Below, piece by piece: positions 57,010 to 64,000 of a DNA stretch of 64,000 nt. The stretch comes from Polyangiaceae bacterium (GTDB taxonomy: Bacteria; Myxococcota_A; Polyangia; Polyangiales; Polyangiaceae), in contig JANRKO010000043.1 in NCBI GenBank assembly GCA_033763455.1, positions 1-64,000 on the forward strand, written 5' to 3'. The notes below the pieces were generated by a model, which saw nothing but the letters and a program-made list of their open reading frames with translations, did not search any database and had not been told where the DNA came from. Each line of letters starts with the position of its first letter. Within the stretch, counting starts at the first letter, position 1. A program made the translations under genes and the position numbers.

Positions 57010-58332
57010 TTAACGGACGTGGTGAGCGACGGCCCCGTGGGCAATCGTCATCAACACTTTTCCGGTGAGCTCCTTTCTGAGAAAAGGGGTGTTGTGGCTT
57101 TTGCTTTTAAGGTGATTCGAATCAACCAAGAAGCGCGTTTCAGGGTCCACCAACGTAAGGTTGGCCACGCTTGCCGGTTTTAGGGTCGGTGCCTCAATTC
57201 CAATGATTCGAGCGGGTCGCAAAGAGAGCGCTTCAATCAGTCGGGTGAGCGTGAAATGGCGCTCGCGCACCAGGCCAAGCATCAGGGCAAAAGAGAGCTC
57301 AAGCCCGATCAGCCCGGGAGAAGCCGCAGAGAATTCGCAGTCCTTCTCAAGTGGGGAATGGGGAGCGTGGTCGGTCGCGATGGCGTCGATGGTGCCATCG
57401 GATAGGCCTTCTCGCAGCGCATCCACGTCTTCACTTTCGCGGAGCGGTGGATTGACTTTGCAGGCCGTATCGTAGCCGAGCAGCGCTTTGTCGGTGAGCA
57501 GAAGATGATGAGGGGTTACCTCGCAGGTAACCTGTATCCCGCGGCTCTTGGCTTCCCGCACGATCCTCAAGGCTCCGTGAGTCGAGATGTGCGCGACGTG
57601 GTACCGGGCCTTTACGTACTCAGCAAGCAACACATCGCGTGCGACGATGACGTCTTCGGCGACGCGGGGCCAACCCCGAAGCCCAAGCTGAGCGCTTACG
57701 GCGCCCTCGTGCATTTCAGCGCCGGCCGTGAGTTCATGATCTTCAGCGTGTTGGATCACCAGGAGGTCGAAATTTTTGGAATATTCGAGCGCCCGACGCA
57801 TCACGCCGCTTGACGTGACGCACACCCCGTCGTCGCTCACGGCCACGATGCCGGCCTCTTTGAGCTCCGCCATCTCGGTGAGTTGTTTGCCCGCTTGCCC
57901 TAGGGTGATGGCGCCGATGGGGTGGAGCCTGGGGCCACCGATTTCGCCTGCGCGGCGCAGCATCATTTCGGTTACGGCCCTAGTGTCGTTCACCGGGCGC
58001 GTGTTCGGCATCACGCACACGTGCGCGTAGCCGCCAGCGGCCGCGGCTCGTAAACCGGAGGTGATGTCTTCCTTGTACTCGTGTCCGGGCTCGCGCAGAT
58101 GAGCGTGGAGATCGACGAATGCCGGCAGCAGCCATTTCCCGCGTCCGTCGATGACTTGTGCACGCTCAGACTGTATCAATCCAGCCCCGGCGCCTTTGCC
58201 AGCGCGAGTAATGACTCCCTGTTCGATCACGAGATCCCCTTGCTCGTCGATACCACGGGCGGGGTCAAAGAGCCGGACGTCTCGGAAAATGATGAGATCA
58301 GCGGGGCTTGTCACGGCGGCGGTTGATAGCAC
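57010..58332 (-). CDS. pyrC: Dihydroorotase (type I)
   Basis: DLHAHLREPG, MPNT.P, EVTPHHL, KVNPPLR and TDHAPH motifs. Confidence 0.95.
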   Translation of the reverse strand: MLSTAAVTSPADLIIFRDVRLFDPARGIDEQGDLVIEQGVITRAGKGAGAGLIQSERAQVIDGRGKWLLPAFVDLHAHLREPGHEYKEDITSGLRAAAAGGYAHVCVMPNTRPVNDTRAVTEMMLRRAGEIGGPRLHPIGAITLGQAGKQLTEMAELKEAGIVAVSDDGVCVTSSGVMRRALEYSKNFDLLVIQHAEDHELTAGAEMHEGAVSAQLGLRGWPRVAEDVIVARDVLLAEYVKARYHVAHISTHGALRIVREAKSRGIQVTCEVTPHHLLLTDKALLGYDTACKVNPPLRESEDVDALREGLSDGTIDAIATDHAPHSPLEKDCEFSAASPGLIGLELSFALMLGLVRERHFTLTRLIEALSLRPARIIGIEAPTLKPASVANLTLVDPETRFLVDSNHLKSKSHNTPFLRKELTGKVLMTIAHGAVAHHVR

Positions 58333-58450
58333 GCCCCACCACTAGGGGGCAGAGCTTTGGCTACGAGTCGTTTTATTGAGCTGGGTGACCCCTGCCAGGT
58401 TTCTTGGCGCCGCGATCTCGCCTACTGTCGGGTCAGCTGGAGCGAAGAAA

Positions 58451-61400
58451 ATGGCCGACGATTCCTCAAGTCCTACGAGCAAGGCACCGCCACCCCCGCC
58501 GGTGCGTTCTTCTGTGTCCAAGGCTCCCCCACCTTCCCCCCACGGGCGGTTGGTGAAACCCAAGTCGGCCCTGCCACCGCCACCGCCACCCCGCCGGTCC
58601 GATGTTTCGACGCCATCGCGGCCGCCACCTCCGCCGGTGCGTTCGGCGGCTCCGGCACCGGTGGAGGTCCCGCTCTCGGTTTCAGAGCCCGAGGTACCCA
58701 AACTCGGAGTGGAAGCTCCCCAGGTCGATGCTCCCGTGGATATTGCGCCCCCGCCGTCGATGGATGCGCCGCTGCCTCGCCGAGTATCCTCGATCCCTCC
58801 ACCGCTGCCCTTTGCAGATTCGGCAGTTTCGGCGCCGATCCCATCCCCGCTTCCCGCATCTTCGCCGCCCGTCATTCCGCAGCTCTCCCAGCCGGAAGCT
58901 GCTTCCGGTAGCGGCGTCTCGCGGCCTGCGCCGCCGGTCCGCACCGCTCCCTCTAGGCCACAGGCCCCGGCCGCTGCCACTGGGTCAGTTGCAACGCCGA
59001 GCCCGCTTTCAGTCATTGGTGAAGCACAGGCCGTGGGGCCTTTAGTCCCTGCCGCAAGTTCGCTTGGGGCCTCGGAGGCTGCGGCAAAGGTCGCTGCCCA
59101 GGCTTTTGGTAGTCGGCCCGCTCCGGCAACTGATCCGGGTAGTCAAGCGCGCAGCTTGCGCAACGCGGAAGATGTCGTGGCGCTTTGTTTGGCGCAGTTG
59201 GAGCGCCGTCCCGAAAAGACGCGTGAAGCGCGACTGCATTTTGAGTTGGGGCGCCTTTACGAATCGCCGCTCGGCGACGCGGCCAAGGCGGCGGAGCACT
59301 ACATGCGCGCTCGCACCGCCGTGGCTGACCATCGACCGACGTTGAGCGGCGCTCGCCGAGTGCTCATTATCCTCAAGCAATACCAGCAGGCTTTGCCGCT
59401 GTTTGATGAGGAGATCCGGCTCGCACCAGATCAGCGTGAGAGGGCCGTGCTTCTCTATCAAAAGGGGCAGCTCTTGGAAGATCAGATGGGGCAGAAACGG
59501 GAAGCTCGCGAGGCTTATCAAGCGGCTGCGGCCCTTGCGGCGATGGATGCCACTTTCCTGAAAGCAGTTGAACGAAGCGAGGCCCAAGCTGAGGCATGGG
59601 ATGCGCTCGACAAGACCCTGGAAAGTCTTGCGAGCGCCGTGAGTGAGGACATTCGTTATCGCGCAGCCCTCATTGCGGAGCGCGCACGGTTGGTTGAAAC
59701 GAAGAAGGGCGATCCGGTCCGTGCCACGGAGCTCTATCGAGCGGCGTTCCAGCTAGATCCCCGAGCCCCAGGTGCGCTCGAAGCCCTCAAGCGACTTCAT
59801 TACGCTCAAGCCCAATTTCTGGACCTTGCGCAGGTCTTGGAAGAAGAGGTGAGGCAACTCAAGCGGGCAGAAGATCGCGCCCTTAGCCTGCTCCAACTTG
59901 CAGAGCTGCACGCCAGCAGGTTCGGCAACCACGAGGCCGCCGAAAACGCGCTGATGCGCGCCCACAAGGAAACCCCGGAGGATACCCACATCTTGGAGCG
60001 CTTGGCGTCGCTCTTTGAACGCCACGAACGACATGAAGATTTGGTCTGGGCCCTTGAGCGCCTTGAAAGCCTAGCTTCTGGGCCCGAGGAGCACGTGATC
60101 TTGCTCGAGCGTATCGGACGAATTTGCGAAAAGGAACTCGGGCAGGGCGATCGGGCCGTTGCCTATTACCTGCGTGCCTTGAGCTACAACCCAGGGTATC
60201 GGCCCGCACTCACAGCGCTCGGGTGTCTCTATGAGAGCAAACAAAAATGGCTCCCATTGATCGACATGCTGCAAAAGGAGGCGGAGGTTATTCTAGATCC
60301 GCTGCGCCGGGCCGCTTGTTACGCACGAGTTGGGGAGGTGTTCGAGGTCGAGCTCGGAGATGCGGGGCGGGCGGTGGAATACCACGCGCGAGCACTCGTG
60401 ATCGTTCCGGGTTATGAGAGCTCGTTCAAAGCTCTAGTGCGCTTGTACTCCGTAGCTGGGAAATACCGCGACCTCGTGGAGCTCTACGAGGGTGCGGTGG
60501 AGTCGGCCAAAGACAACGAGGGCCGCATTACGTACCTCTTCAAGATTGGCCGTATTCACGAAGATGCACTTGGCGAGCCGGCGCAGGCCGTGTTCGCATA
60601 CCAACGCATTCTGGCTCTGGATGCCAAGATGGTCGCCGCCATGCACGCGATCCAGCGCGCTGCGGAGCGTGGGGGGCGCTTTAAGGATCTTGTCAAAGGC
60701 CTCATCGATGAGGTGGCGGAGGTTCAAGAGAAAAGCATAAAGGTGCAGTTGCTGCACCGGGCAGCGGAAGTTACAGAACGAAAGCTTGAAGACGATGACG
60801 CCGCCTTGGCGCTGTATCGCACCATCGCCGAACTCGATCCGGGGTACTTGCCCGCCCTCGTCACTCAAGGCGAGCTCCTTCTGCGCCTTGGGCGCTTCGC
60901 GGATCTTGTCGAAGTCTACCGCGCAGAACTCAAAGTAACACCTAAGGGACCGAAGGCTGCCACGGTGCTCCACAGGATTGCGGAGGTCTTGGAGCGGCTC
61001 CCCAATCGGCAAACGGAGGCTGTTGCCAGCTATCGCAGCGCCGTGGAGATGGATCCCTTTAATCAGGCCGCGCACCGCTCTCTTCGCAGAAAGCTCTATG
61101 AACTGGCTCAATGGCCCGAGCTCGTACGGTTGCTTGAGCTTGAGCTGAGCGCGACGAAGGAACCGGAGGAACGGGCACGAGTTTGCGCGAACCTCGGTGA
61201 AATCTTCGAAAATCGACTAGCGCGTGCGGACAAGGCGCTCGCGGCCTACGAACAAGCGCTACAAGCGGATCCGGGTTGCGGTAGCGCCAACGACGGCCGT
61301 CGCCGGCTGCTCGCTCAGGCACAAGATCGAAAACGGCTGGTGGAGGTGCTGGAGAGCGAGGCCGAAACAGCGCTTGACCCAGCGCTCGGCATAGCTGCTC

Positions 61401-64000
61401 GGCTCAAGCTCGCGGAGGTCTTTCGGGATGAACTCAAAGACCCTCGCCGTGCCGTGGCTGCTTTTGAGCGGGTGCTCGCGGCTGAGCCAGATCACGTCGG
61501 TGCGTTATTGGGGCTTGAAGGTCTCTATACGGAGCTTGCGGAGTGGGAAGGCCTTGCCGTGGTCCAGGCTGCGTTGGCGCGTGTCGCAAAGGATCCTGGT
61601 ACTCGGTTAGCATCACTTCGCGAATTAGCCCGCACCCAGGAGACGAAGTTTCTCGTCGGCGTTGAGTCAGCGCGCGATAGTTTGCTGGAAATATTGGCAC
61701 AAGATCCCTCTGACCAAGAGGCGCTCCTTTCGCTGGAACGCATAGCGCTAAAAAGTGGCGATCAGCCGCTCTTGGCTCGCGTGGATGCGCAGCTAATTTC
61801 TGCAACCTCCGACGCTTCGCTCATGGCCCTACACTACACTCGGCTCGGAGAATCCCTTGAAGCCCACGGTGACCCTTCCGCGCTTAACTTCTATCGCGCG
61901 GCACTGCTTGCGGCTCCGCTCGATTTTGCCGCGGCACGAGGGCTAAGTCGGCTTGCTCGGGCTGCCCAAGATCCTCAGTTGTTCGAGGAAGCGGCTGAAG
62001 GCGAAGCTCGCGTCGTTCAAGATTTAGCGGCAGCGGCGGCACTCCTCCTTCAGGCGTCTCAGGCGCGCGAGGCACGCGGCGATGCAAAGGGAGCAGTGCG
62101 AGCACTCATGCGTGCCCTTGAGCTCTACCCGGGCGAAGAAGCCGTCGCCACGCAGCTCACCCGCCTGATGCTAGAGGTCGGGGAGGTGGATGCACTGCTT
62201 GCGTCCCTAGCATCCGCTGCGCGTTCGGCACCGGAGCCTGAGACATCCAGCCGCCTCTGGCTTCAAGTCGCTGGGCTGCTTTCGGAGCAGAAGGGCGATA
62301 TTGGTGGCGCCATAGCAGCACTCAAACGTGTTGTTGCGTCGGCACCGCGGAACTTTGACGCGCTCCTCGGGCTTGCTGAATTTTACGCGAAAGATCGGCA
62401 GTTTGGGGAGGCGATTGCGCGGCTTGATGAGGTGCTGCGGCTTTCACCGAAAGGGCCTTTGGTGCTGCGCGCACAGATGAAAAAAGCCACGCTGCTCTTC
62501 GATCACTCCGAAGACAAGGCAAGTGCTAGGCCGAGCGTCGAGGCGGTTCTGAAGGCTGAACCAAAGAATCCGCAAGCCTTGAGGTTGTTGCTCTTGCTTC
62601 AGGTTCAAGCGGGGCAGAGCGAGGAAGCTAAGGCCACTGGTGAAACGCTGCTGGCCGAGAGTGCTGACGTTGCAGGCCGCGCAGAGGTCCTGGCCTTGCT
62701 CGGCGGCATCGAACGCTCCCGGGGTGATGCTGATGCTGCGCTCCACTATCTTGAGCAGGCGCTCGCCCTTGTCGGCCCCGGTGGACCTATCGCGGCCGAA
62801 TTCAAGGCGCTCGTTAAGTCTCGAAAGGGTGCTGAAAAGGCCGTCTGGGCACGCTACGTCAATGCTTTGGTGGCCTATCTCGAGTCGCGCCCGCCGTTGG
62901 AAGCAGCAAGTCAGGCATTTTTCGAGTTGGGCGAAGTTCTGGGAGACCAACTAAACCAGCCGGACCAGGCTGTGGCGGCCTTAGAGGGAGGGTTGCGGGC
63001 GGATCCTATGAACAATGTCCTCCGCCGCGCACTCGCGATGAGGTTGAAAGGACAACGTCAGTTCGATCGCGCCATCACGGAGTTTCGTTCCCTTCTGGAT
63101 GTTGACGCGTTTGACGGCGACACGTGGCGCCAACTTGCAGAATGTTTTGCTGGCCTGCAGCGCTCGACAGAGGCTGTCTTAGCGATTGCGCCCCTGGCCC
63201 TGCTGGGTGTTGCCAATGATCTGGAAGTTGCGAGCCTGGGTGCCCGAAGTCCACGCCCAGCAGGTGGCGTTCCGGGGTCTTTGGATGCGAGCGTCTTCGC
63301 CGCACTCGACCAATACGGAGCGGATGCTCCAGCGCTCCAGTTGGCGAGTACCACGCAAGAGACTCTCGAAAAGATGTTCCCGGCCGATCTCGCTCGGTTT
63401 GGAGTGACGTCAAAGGACCGTTTGGGCAGTCGCTCGGGGCATCCCCTCCGAGCCCTGGCCGACCGGATCGCGAGTGTCGTTGGGGCGGGTGAGTTTGAGC
63501 TCTACCTGGCGCCACAATATCACGGCGGAGTAGCCGTCGAATTCTCGGACCCCGTCGCCATTATTCTTCCAGCCTCATTCGCCGAGTTGAACGACGCGCA
63601 ACGAGCATTCGCTCTCGGGCGCGTGCTTATCAATGTAGCCCGGCGTATTTCGATCGTAGAGAAGCTTCCACCCCAGGAAGTGAGCGCGTTCTTAGCGTCG
63701 GCGGCCCGCAACGTGGATCCAAACTTCGGACGCCAGTTGGGAGCTGAGGAGTTCTTGAATACTCAGGCGCGCAAGATCCATAAAGCGACTTCCTGGGGCA
63801 AGCGCCGGGCGCTTGAAGATGCGGGCCAGAAATACGCGCGCCAGGGTGAAGTGGATGCCGCTGGGTGGTTGGGGGGCGTGCGTCTAGCAGCCGCGCGTGG
63901 CGCGTTGCTTTTAGCTGATGATCTGGTCCAGGCCTTGGATTTCTTGCGGAGAACTGAGGGAGATCTCTCGGGGCTTCCTCCAGAGCAAGCTAAGCTGGGG
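58451..64000 (+). CDS. Giant TPR-repeat protein (>=1850 aa, 3' end outside the window), AgmK/GltI-like architecture
   Basis: ATG 58451 (MADDSSSPTSKAPPPP...). The same frame reads ...EARLHFELGRLYESPLGD... near 59220 and is still open at the window end (DLSGLPPEQAKLG). It is absent from the ORF track, consistent with no stop codon. Confidence 0.88.
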   Translation, partial: MADDSSSPTSKAPPPPPVRSSVSKAPPPSPHGRLVKPKSALPPPPPPRRSDVSTPSRPPPPPVRSAAPAPVEVPLSVSEPEVPKLGVEAPQVDAPVDIAPPPSMDAPLPRRVSSIPPPLPFADSAVSAPIPSPLPASSPPVIPQLSQPEAASGSGVSRPAPPVRTAPSRPQAPAAATGSVATPSPLSVIGEAQAVGPLVPAASSLGASEAAAKVAAQAFGSRPAPATDPGSQARSLRNAEDVVALCLAQLERRPEKTREARLHFELGRLYESPLGDAAKAAEHYMRARTAVADHRPTLSGARRVLIILKQYQQALPLFDEEIRLAPDQRERAVLLYQKGQLLEDQMGQKREAREAYQAAAALAAMDATFLKAVERSEAQAEAWDALDKTLESLASAVSEDIRYRAALIAERARLVETKKGDPVRATELYRAAFQLDPRAPGALEALKRLHYAQAQFLDLAQVLEEEVRQLKRAEDRALSLLQLAELHASRFGNHEAAENALMRAHKETPEDTHILERLASLFERHERHEDLVWALERLESLASGPEEHVILLERIGRICEKELGQGDRAVAYYLRALSYNPGYRPALTALGCLYESKQKWLPLIDMLQKEAEVILDPLRRAACYARVGEVFEVELGDAGRAVEYHARALVIVPGYESSFKALVRLYSVAGKYRDLVELYEGAVESAKDNEGRITYLFKIGRIHEDALGEPAQAVFAYQRILALDAKMVAAMHAIQRAAERGGRFKDLVKGLIDEVAEVQEKSIKVQLLHRAAEVTERKLEDDDAALALYRTIAELDPGYLPALVTQGELLLRLGRFADLVEVYRAELKVTPKGPKAATVLHRIAEVLERLPNRQTEAVASYRSAVEMDPFNQAAHRSLRRKLYELAQWPELVRLLELELSATKEPEERARVCANLGEIFENRLARADKALAAYEQALQADPGCGSANDGRRRLLAQAQDRKRLVEVLESEAETALDPALGIAARLKLAEVFRDELKDPRRAVAAFERVLAAEPDHVGALLGLEGLYTELAEWEGLAVVQAALARVAKDPGTRLASLRELARTQETKFLVGVESARDSLLEILAQDPSDQEALLSLERIALKSGDQPLLARVDAQLISATSDASLMALHYTRLGESLEAHGDPSALNFYRAALLAAPLDFAAARGLSRLARAAQDPQLFEEAAEGEARVVQDLAAAAALLLQASQAREARGDAKGAVRALMRALELYPGEEAVATQLTRLMLEVGEVDALLASLASAARSAPEPETSSRLWLQVAGLLSEQKGDIGGAIAALKRVVASAPRNFDALLGLAEFYAKDRQFGEAIARLDEVLRLSPKGPLVLRAQMKKATLLFDHSEDKASARPSVEAVLKAEPKNPQALRLLLLLQVQAGQSEEAKATGETLLAESADVAGRAEVLALLGGIERSRGDADAALHYLEQALALVGPGGPIAAEFKALVKSRKGAEKAVWARYVNALVAYLESRPPLEAASQAFFELGEVLGDQLNQPDQAVAALEGGLRADPMNNVLRRALAMRLKGQRQFDRAITEFRSLLDVDAFDGDTWRQLAECFAGLQRSTEAVLAIAPLALLGVANDLEVASLGARSPRPAGGVPGSLDASVFAALDQYGADAPALQLASTTQETLEKMFPADLARFGVTSKDRLGSRSGHPLRALADRIASVVGAGEFELYLAPQYHGGVAVEFSDPVAIILPASFAELNDAQRAFALGRVLINVARRISIVEKLPPQEVSAFLASAARNVDPNFGRQLGAEEFLNTQARKIHKATSWGKRRALEDAGQKYARQGEVDAAGWLGGVRLAAARGALLLADDLVQALDFLRRTEGDLSGLPPEQAKLG

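Noticed and set aside
1..64000. tRNA, rRNA, prophage or recognisable anti-phage defence genes
   Set aside because: No cloverleaf, rRNA-like stretch, or phage structural/integrase/defence motifs were recognised by eye. A covariance-model scan would be needed to exclude small RNAs.

Overview
GC-rich chromosomal window, most likely from a myxobacterium (Polyangiaceae/Sorangiineae-like). This is inferred from the Cys-rich lipoproteins, DUF4388 and PEGA proteins, Ser/Thr kinase, giant TPR protein and pilR-pilin locus. It opens with the 3' end of an IS21-family element inserted exactly at the zinc motif of a matrixin-like protease gene. Next come pyrR-pyrB and a ~9 kb accessory block (2.1-11.1 kb): an uncharacterised winged-helix regulator plus five predicted lipoproteins, two of them with FGE-sulfatase/C-type-lectin-fold domains. 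The rest is mostly core genes: purH, argB, a RluA-family gene, carA, pyrC, rimO, a DnaK/J-domain/ECF block, pilR with four pilin paralogues, and a >=1850-codon TPR gene that the ORF track misses because it runs off the window. The most notable unexplained signals are: (i) a 24-bp motif repeated upstream of three genes of the accessory block, including the regulator itself; (ii) a DGR-like variable-region codon pattern at the 3' end of the first FGE lipoprotein, with no template repeat or reverse transcriptase in the window; (iii) a palindrome GAGATACTTnnCATGnnAAGTACT found once upstream of pyrR and three times upstream of purH; (iv) several apparent pseudoenzymes (GlgA, rhomboid, alpha/beta hydrolase); (v) recurrent leaderless-type promoter architecture. 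No rRNA, tRNA or CRISPR array was recognised. All assignments come from motif recognition by eye; no searches were run.
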